Shown: positions 1 to 15,293, numbered from the whole stretch's first letter. The stretch is DNA of 63,751 bases, filler included, from Octopus bimaculoides (GCF_001194135.2; 7 parts of 7 records of this genome joined end to end with filler, not necessarily neighbours in it); one strand, 5' to 3'. Numbers and translations: made by a program. The notes: generated by a model not told the origin, from the letters alone.

Positions 1-671
1 TATATATATTCGTTTTAGGACTATTTCGTTGTTACTACCTGAAATTCTATCGAATGATATTACATTGGAACTGTCACCTCAGTGATTCACATAAAGTCTT
101 GAAAACCGCTGGTTTTTAATAGATTAAATATATATTGTTTATACAATTTACTTCTTAAATGCTTTCGTAATCCAAATGAACCAATAACGCTGCAATCTCA
201 AAGCAAAACTGAGTACCCATTTCTGTTCGAGTTCTTTTCACCTCCTAAATGATGCTGATCATGCAATGAATATCTGATTTATATGGATGACATATTTAAC
301 ATTATAAAATATCCATGACAACTTCATAAGAAATATATGTGTAAATAAGTAAATGTATACATGTATGTATACATAAATATATGTATATGTTAGTGTGTAT
401 TTATACATGTATGTATGTATGTGTGTATGTACGTATGTAAAGATACGATTTGGATATATAGAGTGAAAATATGTGCACATGATAATCAGTAGACAGCAAT
501 GGAAAAGATTCTAAGAGAACCAAATTGCGCTGTAATTTTATCTGGACTCATGACAAAACAACTGAAAGTAAACATCATAATATGACCTATAAATCATATT
601 CTTATTTCCAGTCAAGGAATAAACGTTGCTTCCTGTATTTACAAATAATACACTAAAGATACACAAAAGAT

Positions 672-1134
<463 letters not shown>

Positions 1135-1135
<1 letters not shown>

Positions 1136-1523
1136 GGTATTGTTATTATTATTTTATGTTTCACTTTTGCTTTACATTTGTACAAGTCGGCTCCAAGTCT
1201 CACCCAGAGACCTCAAGAGACAAGTTAGAAGTTCATGTAGATGTTATGCCTACGGTGCCATATATTTAGTTTTGTACGTCGTGCTGTTCCAGAGAATGTT
1301 TAAGAAACCATAAGAAAATTATGTATTTGTTTTAAAATTTGAGATTAGATAGAAAGTATTTTGCGTGGGATACGGGCAGTTCCCACGAGCACTATCTTTT
1401 GACTTTCTGCCATTTTGGTGTTTCCTGGTATCTGAGCTAGGTAGCAATCAGCCCCTTTTGCTCTCATTCCCAGGGCACCTATGACAACAGGTATTGTTTT
1501 AGTCTTCAGGTTCCACATTTTGC

Positions 1524-1589
<66 letters not shown>

Positions 1590-2665
1590 NNNNNNNNNNN
1601 NNNNNNNNNNNNNNNNNNNNNNNNNNNNNNNNNNNNNNNNNNNNNNNNNNNNNNNNNNNNNNNNNNNNNNNNNNNNNNNNNNNNNNNNNNNNNNNNNNNN
1701 NNNNNNNNNNNNNNNNNNNNNNNNNNNNNNNNNNNNNNNNNNNNNNNNNNNNNNNNNNNNNNNNNNNNNNNNNNNNNNNNNNNNNNNNNNNNNNNNNNNN
1801 NNNNNNNNNNNNNNNNNNNNNNNNNNNNNNNNNNNNNNNNNNNNNNNNNNNNNNNNNNNNNNNNNNNNNNNNNNNNNNNNNNNNNNNNNNNNNNNNNNNN
1901 NNNNNNNNNNNNNNNNNNNNNNNNNNNNNNNNNNNNNNNNNNNNNNNNNNNNNNNNNNNNNNNNNNNNNNNNNNNNNNNNNNNNNNNNNNNNNNNNNNNN
2001 NNNNNNNNNNNNNNNNNNNNNNNNNNNNNNNNNNNNNNNNNNNNNNNNNNNNNNNNNNNNNNNNNNNNNNNNNNNNNNNNNNNNNNNNNNNNNNNNNNNN
2101 NNNNNNNNNNNNNNNNNNNNNNNNNNNNNNNNNNNNNNNNNNNNNNNNNNNNNNNNNNNNNNNNNNNNNNNNNNNNNNNNNNNNNNNNNNNNNNNNNNNN
2201 NNNNNNNNNNNNNNNNNNNNNNNNNNNNNNNNNNNNNNNNNNNNNNAGAGTATGGTTGCTTTCTCGTTTTCTGTGACCTTTTCTGGCGTGTGTTTATACC
2301 ATCTTTTTTCTGTTGTTATTCCATAATGTTGGCATAGCTTCCAGTGTATATAGGTCCCAGCTCTGTCGTGTCTGTGAATATATTCCTTCTTAGCCAGGAC
2401 TGGGCAGCCAGAGATAATATGATTTATTGTTTCTTGTCGATCTCCACATATTCTACAGTTACTTGTTATATTTCTTTTCATTATGTGTTTTTGGTAATTT
2501 CTGGTGGGGAGGCTTTGGTCTTGTGCAGCAATTAAAAATCCTTCAGTCTCTGCTTTGAGTCCTGAGCTTCTCAGCCATTGCTGGGATTTTTCTCTGTCTA
2601 TTTCTTTCGCATTTAGTTTAGCCCAGTAGTTACCATGTAGGGGCTTATTATCATTACCATTGCCT
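1135..2665 (-). mobile_element. REL-type non-LTR retrotransposon 3' fragment (R4/Dong-like)
   Basis: KPLHGNY...WLRSSGLKAETEGFLIAAQDQSLPTRNYQKHI...CRICGDRQETINHIISGC...YIHRHD (CCHC knuckle), gap, (TAA)n, then SKMWNLKTKTIPVVIGALG...QKIVLVGTARIPRKILSI*, 3' UTR and a TAA-like tail. Confidence 0.88.
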
Positions 2666-2791
2666 TTACACAGCCTCTAACGCTGGAGATGTATTACAGT
2701 GTCAGCTGTTCACTACCATTGAACTATGGTAACACCTCTTATTTTCGAGCGGTTCCAAGCAGTGTTGTTTTCTGCAAGTGCCCTTTGCAAA

Positions 2792-3041
2792 CATGGGTGT
2801 TTTATTCATCACCACTAAACAACTCTTATTCAGGAACCTTTTCAGCAGGTTGGGCAACGCGACCTGAAGAAAATTCTAACCGGGCTCCACCTGCAAGGTC
2901 TTGCGCTGTTTATCTTGATATGAGAACACAATATCGCATGCATACGGTTGTGATGACGAGTAATCATGATATGATGGGTATACTGGGCTTCATTTATTTT
3001 ACCCTAGTATCATTTTCATGGCATGCACTTCTCCCTCACTC

Positions 3042-3076
<35 letters not shown>

Positions 3077-3114
3077 TAATAATAATAATAATAATGATAA
3101 TAATAATAATAATG

Positions 3115-3172
<58 letters not shown>
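2792..3172 (+). mobile_element. TAA-tailed repeat family E (5'-truncated)
   Basis: Homologous to 30570-30883 and ends in (TAA)n. Confidence 0.7.
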
Positions 3173-3173
<1 letters not shown>

Positions 3174-3174
<1 letters not shown>

Positions 3175-3428
3175 TTTAAGCAACTAGATTGTGTCGGAAA
3201 AATGTTTAGCAGCATTTCTTCCGGTTTCTTACTTTCTGAGTTCCTTCGAAGCCTACTTACCGTTCATATTTTTGGGGTGGATAACATAAGTACTAGTTGA
3301 GCACTGGGGGGGGATTTGTGGGAGGTGTCTAATTGATATCAACGTCTATTCACTAGTACTTAATTTATTGACCTTGAATGGATAGAAAGCAAAGACGACC
3401 TCGGCGGAATTTGATCAGAGAACGTAAT
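3174..3428. mobile_element. SINE A2 (+) abutting a SINE A fragment (-)
   Basis: A2 head follows (TAA)n, then gacctcggcggaatttga in reverse orientation. Confidence 0.6.
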
Positions 3429-3721
3429 ATTTTATCAAACAACAGCAGTGAATTGTAAAAATAAACTAATATATGTTTACTTATAAAAGCAGAAAAGAGA
3501 GAGCTGAAAGTGATAGAGACAGATTGTGTGCGAGTGACTACATCCTAATGATTTTAGAATTTTTTTCTTTTGTCCATCCAGAGTTTACCGAACATTTCAC
3601 TCTAAATTTGATTGAAATGCATTTATCGAAGTACATTTGTCTTGTTTCTTTAGTTATTTGTGCTTCTCTCTCTGCTTCCTCTACTCTCTTTAGCTTTCCC
3701 TTTCCTCTGTCTGTGTCTGTA

Positions 3722-3725
<4 letters not shown>

Positions 3726-3806
<81 letters not shown>

Positions 3807-3878
3807 GTATCATTCCATCTCTCACCCTGATCAGACATAGTGAGTACCACATATACCTGTTCAGGCACATGCGTTACA

Positions 3879-3934
<56 letters not shown>
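3726..3934. repeat. (TC)n and (AGT)n microsatellites, representative of many TA, TG, CAT, CAA and CAC tracts in the window
   Basis: Direct reading. These tracts explain nearly all low-complexity ORFs in the track. Confidence 0.95.
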
Positions 3935-3935
<1 letters not shown>

Positions 3936-4713
3936 GTGGAGAAGAAGAAGAAGATAAATAGTAGCTGTAATTTTCTTTATTATTATAATATCTAATATCT
4001 AAAATTATTATCAGCTGCATCGACCTGATCGAGTCTCGGAAGCCCTGTAAACAGCATAGTCACTATTCATTCCACTTTACTGTCTCTTCGACGTCTTCTT
4101 ATTTGGACTCTAATAAAAAATTAATATCGTCACCAGACTCGTGGTTATCATCGCGATATTCATTGTCATCCACGTGTTTTCCTCTCTTCTCTATTTGTTT
4201 CTCTTTATTTTTCCTTTCGGTATTCGTGTGAGAGATTTCTGTGGACTTATTTTTCTCTCTTTTGTTGCCTGGAAAACACATATATCCGTTGGTGCCTGCA
4301 TTTCAATTTGATGGCGTCTTCTTATTCTGTATCTTCCATTTTCGGGGCATTTATTCCTAAGATGGCTATCAAATTATGTCCAGCTCTTCAAGAATGTGAA
4401 GCTAACATAAAAGAGATCACTCGAAAGAGGAGAAGTGTCCTAACTTAATTAGACACAGCAATTGACAGCAATACATAATTTAATGAATTACAGTTATTCA
4501 TAATAAAAATCTGGTATTCATCACGCCAACTGTTTTCCATTCATGCGAACAAAATAATATATTTAACGTAAAATTAAATCTTTATGAATTATTTACCATT
4601 CATATTTTGTATTTGAACATTCCTGCACAGTATTGTTTGGTTGGTTTGTGGGCGTACATACACATGCATATATATATATAGAGAGAGAGAGTGAGAGACA
4701 GAGTGATATATAT

Positions 4714-4752
<39 letters not shown>

Positions 4753-4894
4753 NNNNNNNNNNNNNNNNNNNNNNNNNNNNNNNNNNNNNNNNNNNNNNNN
4801 NNNNNNNNNNNNNNNNNNNNNNNNNNNNNNNNNNNNNNNNNNNNNNNNNNNNNNNNNNNNNNNNNNNNNNNNNNNNNNNNNNNNNNNNNNNNNN

Positions 4895-4929
<35 letters not shown>

Positions 4930-5592
4930 GTATATATATTCATATATATGTATGTATGTATGTATATGTGTATATCTATCTAGTTATCTTTCTCTCTCTA
5001 CATATATATATGTGTGTGTATGTTTGTGTATGTACGTATATATATATACTGATGTATGTCAGTGTATGCATGTGTGTGAGAATGTGCATCGGCTGTCAAA
5101 TGCAGTTGGGTAAATATATGGGCTATATATAACAGTGTAACGATCGTATGAATTGTATTACATGTAGTCTACAAAGTAGTTTTTGCTCTATTCCTTTACT
5201 GTTTTCATTGAGGTATCTGGTATAGCACTAACGTGTCGAGTTGATCAAAACAACTCTACTACATTCAAATTTGTTAGTTATTATACTATTCTCTTCTTGC
5301 CGAACCACTAGGTTACGAAGATACAAGCAACAAAGATCCTTTTTTTCGACGTTGAGCGTCAAATGCAAAGATGCAGGCAGTTAACAGGCTTCCACATTGC
5401 TTCCACACGCGTAATTTACTGATAATGTAGTAATCGGTCTACGGCTACAGGAGAAAATATATGACGTGCTGTGACAATGCACCCGAATCCATACGATTGT
5501 GAAGTGAGTTTGTTTGCAGCCATACGTAGATAAAAACATGTATATGTATATATGCGCGTGTGTGTGTATGTGTGTGAGTGTGTATGTGTGTG

Positions 5593-5646
<54 letters not shown>

Positions 5647-5805
5647 ATGTAATGTATTCGACGGGTGTCTGGCCTTAAGGAAAATAAATTGCTGTTGATT
5701 TATTAGCAGGTAAAGTAAACGAGGACAGATATGAAATTAAAGGCTGAGAAAGACATGACAACCTATAATTCAATCTATAATTCAATATATTAAAATAGAT
5801 ATACA

Positions 5806-6029
5806 CAGTAATCCTTCGATTATCGCGGGTGTTACGTTCCAAAAACCCCCACAATAAATAAAAATCCGCGAAGTAGAAACAGTGCTGTACTGTATATATA
5901 TATATTTATTATTTTTATAATTGTATGTATCTATTTTATTAGAAATGCAAGACAACACCATGGTGGAATCGACGTAAGCTTAAATAATAAACCGCGATAG
6001 GTGAACCGCGATATGGAGAAGGATTACTT
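5806..6029. mobile_element. Pogo/Tigger-like MITE
   Basis: TIRs cagtaatccttcgattatcgcgg ... ccgcgatatggagaaggattact, with internal ccgcga repeats and a TA microsatellite. Confidence 0.7.
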
Positions 6030-6104
6030 TAATTAAAGTATGTGTATGTTTGTGCGTGTGCGTTCATGTGTGTATATGTGTATATTTTGATATTTACTAA
6101 CAAT

Positions 6105-6322
6105 AAGGTTGGAAGCTGACAGAATCGTTTGCATGCCGGGAAAAATACTTAGCGGCATTTCGTTCATCTTTACATTCTGAGTTCAAATTTCGTCGAGGGC
6201 TTTCTTGATCTTTCCTCCTTTCGGGATCGAGAAAATAAATGCCATTTGCACACTGGGGTCATTGCAGTCATCTAGCCCACTTCCCCAAAATTTCTGGCCT
6301 TGTGCCAAAATTTGAAACTAAT
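6105..6322 (+). mobile_element. SINE family A
   Basis: Same head, body and tail (aaatttctggccttgtgccaaaatttgaaac). Confidence 0.8.
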
Positions 6323-6934
6323 ATTTACTAATTATTCATGCAGATAGTATTCGTTCACTTTTCGTACTGATCTTAGTTATCCAGCAACGGTAAGATTTTT
6401 ATTAGCTTATTTTCTGTAAGAGGATTTTGTTTCTTTCTGCTTTATTATTTTTTATTAGATTATGTTATTTCCATTTTTTAAAAATATTTTGTTAGCTGAA
6501 AGTTATCCGTCGTTTATAACGACCGTAGTATCGACTGATAGTTATTTCATCGAACCCATTTTGCATACTCAAGTTTGTACATATTTCCATTTATACGGTT
6601 TCCTTCGTACTTCTAGATGAAAAACCAAAGCTATATCTTTAATCATAAATTCCCTGAGAAGACAATAGAAAATCCCCAATATAACTATATGACTCTCTCT
6701 ATTACACTGTATCTGTAAAGAGTATGTTATAAGATCCAAAGTATTTAAATGATTCTTTGCTATATGCAATAATGAGTGACTGTAGCATGTATTACTGAAA
6801 ATTCAATTATAATTTAGATGTCAGCTCATTTGTCGTAAATCTGCCAAATTAAGTAACAGCTGTTTTCATTATCTCAACAGTACTTCTATTCCTTAACGAA
6901 GTAGCATCTTACCTCAGCAAAATTACTAAAAGTG

Positions 6935-6977
<43 letters not shown>

Positions 6978-7093
6978 TTCAAATGTACAAAAAACGAAAA
7001 GACAGACAGGTGAGATAACAATAAGCAAGTATGTTAATTTGACGCAAGGGAAGAATTGAAAAGTCAAACATTCATACATACATACATACATAC

Positions 7094-7136
<43 letters not shown>

Positions 7137-7616
7137 CAGAGAGAGAGATGGAGGGATCTTAACAACACCGCTCAGGTTTTATAACAAAGATAAATACAAT
7201 ACACAAACGAAATTGAACATGATTTAAGCAATGGACGAAAGTGATGCCAAAGTTGTAAAAGATGTTCAAGACAGATTTGAAGTCAATAGCACAGGACTTC
7301 ATGATGAAATGGACATATCTTCATACATTGAAGGCAGATAAATAACAACAAGATTCTGAAGTTGCGTGTGGATGCAGGATGTATGTTTGTGAAACAATTA
7401 CTTGTAAATAACCATAAACATCCTTCATTTTTTAATATATCAATTATAATATAAAACTTTTTATTTTGTTCCTTTTTCAATACTAGATCTACGAAATAAA
7501 GTATAACATTTATATTACTAAAACATTAAAAAATAATAAATTAACATGGTTAGAACTACCAGTGAAGTCATTCTTTTTTTCATATATATATATATATATA
7601 TATATACACGCACATC

Positions 7617-7658
<42 letters not shown>

Positions 7659-7969
7659 NNNNNNNNNNNNNNNNNNNNNNNNNNNNNNNNNNNNNNNNNN
7701 NNNNNNNNNNNNNNNNNNNNNNNNNNNNNNNNNNNNNNNNNNNNNNNNNNNNNNNNNNNNNNNNNNNNNNNNNNNNNNNNNNNNNNNNNNNNNNNNNNNN
7801 NNNNNNNNNNNNNNNNNNNNNNNNNNNNNNNNNNNNNNNNNNNNNNNNNNNNNNNNNNNNNNNNNNNNNNNNNNNNNNNNNNNNNNNNNNNNNNNNNNNN
7901 NNNNNNNNNNNNNNNNNNNNNNNNNNNNNNNNNNNNNNNNNNNNNNNNNNNNNNNNNNNNNNNNNNNNN

Positions 7970-8037
<68 letters not shown>

Positions 8038-8602
8038 ATATTAAGAATTTCCCCAAAAAAAATATTCATTGAAGCTCTGACAACGCTATAACTAATACCC
8101 CGTATCACTCACTATTGTTAACACGGATGAAACAAAAACCTGTAACGTAATTATGGCTCAGCTTGTATTTAATATTTAACATATTGTATATATTAAGACG
8201 AATGAAGGTACATCAAATAATTTACATGCTGAATTCTTGATTTATTGGAAATTATATTTCCTTCAAGAGAACAGGAAACAAATGCCCTGTTTTAGTTGCG
8301 ACTAACTGAAAGTGTGTGACGTAGATACTCGCAAGAATTCAAAAATCTCCAAAATAGATTGGAAACAAGTGGCAAGGTGTGAGAACGTGTTTCTTCTTCA
8401 ATAGTCGTCATCAGTGCATTCATCGATACTTATAGATAAGAACTAGGCCTGATATACGAAATGTTTTAATTAATATATTATTTTGACTATTATGTAATAT
8501 GCTTATATCATACAGCTGCTTAGAACATTGTATTAATACATATCACTACTTTAGAAACAGGTGTATATGTCATGATTGAGTAATTATTACACATACACAC
8601 AT

Positions 8603-8633
<31 letters not shown>

Positions 8634-8799
8634 CAAGTCTGACATGAATATATAGCAAGTTATGTGATAATGAATTAGCACGTAGTCTAAGATGCTATAT
8701 CATATATATATATATCTATATATATATATATACAGAGAGAGAGAGAGATCGTTGATATATATACATATATTATATATAAATATATAGATATATGTACAT

Positions 8800-8867
<68 letters not shown>

Positions 8868-8871
8868 GCAT

Positions 8872-8906
<35 letters not shown>

Positions 8907-8917
8907 CATATATATAC

Positions 8918-8958
<41 letters not shown>

Positions 8959-9513
8959 TATACACATATATATACACATACATATATATATTTATATCTA
9001 TATGCACACACATACATATACTTATATAAGAACATGTGTATGTGTGTGAGGAAGTGTTTGAGTGTCTGTTGTCTTTGTTGTATCCATTTTAGTTCTATTG
9101 TGTGATTATGTACTGTGTTGTCGCTTTCGCTGTCCTCTTTCCACAGATCATTTATGATAGCCAGCGACATGTACCAACAGTTCGGCACTGGATCGGACGG
9201 ACAGGTCACGTCATAAAACGAATAGGCTTTTCTGCACCCAGCAAAGGGCTTGACGCTAGCGCTTATCCCCGACAGCTAGTGACAAAGCCTTTGTGGGCAG
9301 CGGTGAGCCATAACACGAGTATATAGAGACTGCCCTTGGGAAAAAGCATGCATGTCACAAACTTCTTTCAATTTTCTCACTTCTAGAATCTGTGGCTTCA
9401 TGCTTGTTTGTGAAATATTTAATTTACATATACATTGTCTTAACATTATGCATACACACACATACTTACACACACACATATATATGTATGTATATATATA
9501 TGCATGTATGCAT

Positions 9514-9551
<38 letters not shown>

Positions 9552-9581
9552 CATATATGTATATATCCATATATGTATATG

Positions 9582-9628
<47 letters not shown>

Positions 9629-10209
9629 NNNNNNNNNNNNNNNNNNNNNNNNNNNNNNNNNNNNNNNNNNNNNNNNNNNNNNNNNNNNNNNNNNNNNNNN
9701 NNNNNNNNNNNNNNNNNNNNNNNNNNNNNNNNNNNNNNNNNNNNNNNNNNNNNNNNNNNNNNNNNNNNNNNNNNNNNNNNNNNNNNNNNNNNNNNNNNNN
9801 NNNNNNNNNNNNNNNNNNNNNNNNNNNNNNNNNNNNNNNNNNNNNNNNNNNNNNNNNNNNNNNNNNNNNNNNNNNNNNNNNNNNNNNNNNNNNNNNNNNN
9901 NNNNNNNNNNNNNNNNNNNNTTTTTATGTACGTATATGTTGTATATATGTAATCCATATACATAATTTTTTGTTATTAATGTTACTATCGAAGTTTGCAC
10001 GATAATATGCCCGCTTTTTTCCTTGACGTAAAACGTTTTCAAGTGTAAAACACTGTAGAGAATGCCTAGCTACATGTGGTCTTGCTACATGTGGTCTTGC
10101 TACACACACACACACACACATAATAACACAAACATACACACACATACACACACATACACACACGTTTCTAAATTTAGTATCATTTCATGTTAATAATTTT
10201 TCGTTGGTT

Positions 10210-10922
10210 AAGTCGTTGAGCTGGCAGAATCATTAGGACGCCGGGTAAAAATGGCTCAGCAGCTTTTCGTACGTCCGCGTTCAGATTCCGCCGAGGTTGA
10301 CTTTGCCTTTCATAAATTCGTGGTCGATAAAATAAGTACCATTTGAGTACTGGGGTCGATGTAATCGAGTACCCCGCTTTCCTGAAATAGCTGGCCATAT
10401 GCCCCAAAATTTGAAACCGATATTTTCTAAGCCTAGGCAGGCGAGCCGGCAGAATTGTTAGCACGCTGGGCAAAATGCTTAGTTACATCACTGGTAATAT
10501 AAGAAACACTCTCTTCCTACCACCAAAGCTGAAGACTCTTCACGAATTTGCCTTCTCTCTTCTCTTCACTAAGTTAAATAGCAAATCAAAAAAACTTAAA
10601 TGGATTTTCAACAGCCTTACACGTACGTGGAATATTGTGTTGCAATTCGACCTCGGCAGAATTTGATGTTAACATTCATCCATTCGGGGTCGTTAAAATA
10701 AGTATCTCTCGAACACCGGGATCGGTGTAAGTGACTAACAGCTTCCTCTACACAATTAATTATTTCGTCCGTCTTTACGTTCTGAGTTCAAATTTTGCTG
10801 AGGTCGACTTTGCCTTTCCTCCTTCAGGGTCGATAAAATAAGTACCAGTCAAGCACTGGGGTCGATGTAATCGACTGGTCCCCTCGCCTAAAATTTCAGG
10901 CCTTGTACCTTTAGTAGAAAGG

Positions 10923-10997
<75 letters not shown>
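10210..10997 (+). mobile_element. Cluster of SINE family A copies with an (ATT)n tail
   Basis: Full copy 10210-10418, head 10435-10485, fragments 10600-10735, copy 10760-10925 and (ATT)n to 10997. Confidence 0.8.
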
Positions 10998-11073
10998 GTT
11001 CAGTAGTTTTATTTTTATAACGTGCTTTCACTTCACTACCGAGCGCAGCTCTGTGCGCCTTGGGTATGTGCTG

Positions 11074-11173
11074 NNNNNNNNNNNNNNNNNNNNNNNNNNN
11101 NNNNNNNNNNNNNNNNNTTAATTAATTAANNNNNNNNNNNNNNNNNNNNNNNNNNNNNNNNNNNNNNNNNNNN
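11074..11173. other. Artificial scaffold linker N44-TTAATTAATTAA-N44 (also at 26711, 33113, 46265, 52057 and 62638)
   Basis: An identical 12-mer with stops in all six frames, centred in 100-bp gaps, occurs six times. Confidence 0.9.
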
Positions 11174-11213
<40 letters not shown>

Positions 11214-12305
11214 TAAATGAATGACACTAGAACAGTCCTTGCACCCACTGGATTTTGTCATACCATCCAACCCATGCCAGCATGGAACATGGATATTAAA
11301 TGATGAGGATAGTGATGATGACGATGATGATAAATATTCTCATCTAGTAAACATGATGCTATGCAACTCAAGTTATGAGAAAAGAATTCCAGTTTATATA
11401 AACGCTATATATGTGTGTGTATGGGCATATATATGTGTGTTTGTGTGTGTGCGTGCGTATGCGTGTGTGGGTGCGTGTGAAGGCTCATGGCCTAGCAGTT
11501 AGGGTGTTGCACTCACGATCACTTGATCATGTTTTAAGTTCCTTGAGTTTTTGCCATTTTGAAGATAGCTCTTCATCAGAAAGAAGAAAGGGAAAAGTCC
11601 AAAGAAGGAAACAAATTGCCAACAGCACGTGTGTAGTTACATAGCTGAAGTGACCAGAAATAGGAAGTGTATATANNNNNNNNNNNNNNNNNNNNNNNNN
11701 NNNNNNNNNNNNNNNNNNNNNNNNNNNNNNNNNNNNNNNNNNNNNNNNNNNNNNNNNNNNNNNNNNNNNNNNNNNNNNNNNNNNNNNNNNNNNNNNNNNN
11801 NNNNNNNNNNNNNNNNNNNNNNNNNNNNNNNNNNNNNNNNNNNNNNNNNNNNNNNNNNNNNNNNNNNNNNNNNNNNNNNNNNNNNNNNNNNNNNNNNNNN
11901 NNNNNNNNNNNNNNNNNNNNNNNNNNNNNNNNNNNNNNNNNNNNNNNNNNNNNNNNNNNNNNNNNNNNNNNNNNNNNNNNNNNNNNNNNNNNNNNNNNNN
12001 NNNNNNNNNNNNNNNNNNNNNNNNNNNNNNNNNNNNNNNNNNNNNNNNNNNNNNNNNNNNNNNNNNNNNNNNNNNNNNNNNNNNNNNNNNNNNNNNNNNN
12101 NNNNNNNNNNNNNNNNNNNNNNNNNNNNNNNNNNNNNNNNNNNNNNNNNNNNNNNNNNNNNNNNNNNNNNNNNNNNNNNNNNNNNNNNNNNNNNNNNNNN
12201 NNNNNNNNNNNNNNNNNNNNNNNNNNNNNNNNNNNNNNNNNNNNNNNNNNNNNNNNNNNNNNNNNNNNNNNNNNNNNNNNNNNNNNNNNNNNNNNNNNNN
12301 NNNNN

Positions 12306-12339
<34 letters not shown>

Positions 12340-12951
12340 TTCCTATTTCTATATTTTCTATATTTTCTATATCTATATATTTCTATATTTATATATTTTC
12401 TATATCTATATATTTCCTATATATATGTATATATATATATGTAACTGCAGTTTGTTGTGTTCTTCAATAAAACACATCATTTCACATCTTCCTGTCCACT
12501 CTGTAAATTGGTGACCCTGAAATAGACTTGCCTTCCAGTCAGGGGGAATGTTGAGGCCTGCTCACCTAGCCAGTGGATTGGCATCATGTGAAAGCTAAAA
12601 CAATACAAGACACATTGTGACCAGCTGCTAGTCTAGTCAATACAATGATATATATATGTTCTACAACATGTCTTCAATACTCGTTTCTTTGTTTGTTTGA
12701 ATATCTTCTGAACAATCGGAGAGATGGTAGCAGAATGAAACTCGCAGCAAGTATAACCATTGTCATACTTGACATTCAATCAGGTCTGACCTCAGACAAC
12801 AATAACAACTGCACAAACACCATTCAGTTTGTTACTGTATACTTGTGTGTATCTCAAGATTCTGGAGTTCCTGCCAAGAGCAAGGCTTAGATTACAAATT
12901 TTTCTGATTTGTGTTGCTGCTGCTGCTGTTGTTGTTGTTGTTGTTGTTGTA

Positions 12952-13660
12952 AAAGATCTTGTTTAACCTTTAGCCTCAGGTCAGAAATGATCCAAAATGT
13001 AAAACAACAGGGACGAGGGGGGAGGGATTGATTTTGAGGGAGATTTGCTTACTATTTCTAGCAGGTCAACCAACCACATGTTGTTGTTCATCAAAGATCT
13101 TGTTTAACCTTTAACCTCAGGTCAGAAATGATCCAAAATGTAGAACAACAAATGATCCCAAAAATGCAAAACAACGAGGACAAAGTGGTGAAGGGGAGAG
13201 GGATTGATTTTGAGGGAGATTTGCTTACTATTTCTAGCAGGTCAACCAACTACATGTTGTTGTTCGTCAAAGATCTTGTTTAACCTTTAACCTCAGGTCA
13301 GAAATGATCCAAAATGTAAAACAACAAATGATCCCAAAAATGTAAAACAACAGGGACAAGGAGATGAGGAGAGGGATTGATTTTGAAGGAAATTTGCTTT
13401 CTATTTCTAGCAGGTCAACCAACTACATGTTGTTGTTCGTCAAAGATCTTGTTTAACCTTTAGCCCCAGGTCTGACCTGATCCAGCAGAACCATTAGCAA
13501 AGACAATTACAACCCTGTCGATCTTCTCTTCTTGTATCCCAAGGACTACTTTACCCATAAAGCATTCTTTCATAAAATGACAAGGACAAGGAGGTGGTGG
13601 GGAAGGATTTTGAGGGAGATTTGATTACTATTTCTAGCAGGTCAACCAACCACTTATTGG
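12952..13660. repeat. Tandem array of about 4 units (140-215 bp) derived from repeat family F
   Basis: Units start aaagatcttgtttaacctt at 12952, about 13093, 13269 and 13443, and end gagggagatttgcttactatttctagcaggtcaaccaaccac. Confidence 0.9.
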
Positions 13661-13758
13661 GTCATTAATGTTATTATTGCTACAGATTATGTTGTTGTAG
13701 CTGTTGTTGATGTTAGTGTTGTAATTTTGATATTATTTATCTCTCTCTCTTTGCACAA

Positions 13759-13805
<47 letters not shown>

Positions 13806-14023
13806 TGCATGTTATCGATATCATTTATTACACCCTCTAACTATATGCATGAGTGTGTAATGTATAGCTTATAATATCATATATATGTGTGTGTGTATGT
13901 ATGTCTATGTGTATATGCGTGTGTGTATTTATGTATGTATATGTGTGTATATTATATATCTATGTATGTACATGTATATATGTGCATATATATATCATGT
14001 ATGTATATATGTGTACATATATG

Positions 14024-14118
<95 letters not shown>

Positions 14119-14246
14119 AAGTGCACATATATGTATATGTGTGTATATTATATATCTATGTATGTACATGTATGCATGTGTATATATATTATGTATATAT
14201 GTGTATATATGTGTGTATATATGTATATATACATATGTATATATGA

Positions 14247-14297
<51 letters not shown>

Positions 14298-15153
14298 NNN
14301 NNNNNNNNNNNNNNNNNNNNNNNNNNNNNNNNNNNNNNNNNNNNNNNNNNNNNNNNNNNNNNNNNNNNNNNNNNNNNNNNNNNNNNNGTGTATATATATA
14401 TATATATATATATATATTATGCATGTGTATATGTGTGTATATAAATATATATATTTATTTATATATATATATGTATATGTATATATGTGTGTATGTGCAT
14501 ATATATATGTGTGCATGTGTGTATGTGTGCATATATATATGCACATGTCTACGTATTCTGTTCTTTGCTTCTAAAAGCAGATTCTTTTTTTTTTTGTATT
14601 CTTTATTTCTTTTTAGTTCTTTTTGATGTTCCTTTTAATATTTTTGGCAAGATTTTCGAAGGAATCTGATAGGAAGCTGTTAGATGTGACCACCTGGCTC
14701 TTGAGATAAGATGGAATAATGTTCTAATCTTGAACGACATTCTGTTTTAACATCAATGTACTACCTTAGCCACGCTCATCACCTCTTCCTCCCCATCATC
14801 CTCTCTCTCTCTCTCTCTCTCTTTATCTCTCCTTCTTCTTCCTTTCCCTCCCTCTCTGTTATGTTCTTTACAGTGTTTGTCTATTAGTATTGCAACAGCA
14901 ACAATTCTAGCAGAGATGAGAGTTACAATGGCACCATGGTTTGTTTTTGTTGTTTTTTTTTATTATCACTTTCGTTTTTTTTTTGTTTTTTTTTATTGGG
15001 GGAAGGTGTTACGTTTAGTTAATTTGATCTAAATAGCTATCTCCACCTCCTGACAATGCACACGCCACCCTGCAGTCAGACACGCACAGACGCGTATATG
15101 AGCATATGTTTACATGTACATATACATATATGTATAAAATATATTACATATGG

Positions 15154-15189
<36 letters not shown>

Positions 15190-15244
15190 ATAGGCAGAGA
15201 ATGAGTGAGAAGGAGAGATACATCACACGTATACGTATCCAGAT

Positions 15245-15293
<49 letters not shown>

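Noticed and set aside
8385-8425. Minus-strand CUGAUGA...GAAACACGUU
   Set aside because: Stems I and II do not pair.
11118-11129. Recurrent TTAATTAATTAA motif as a biological repeat
   Set aside because: It is always centred in exactly 100-bp N blocks, so it is a scaffolding linker.
12952-13660. CRISPR-like array
   Set aside because: Eukaryotic context, long units with homologous rather than unique spacers, and no cas genes.
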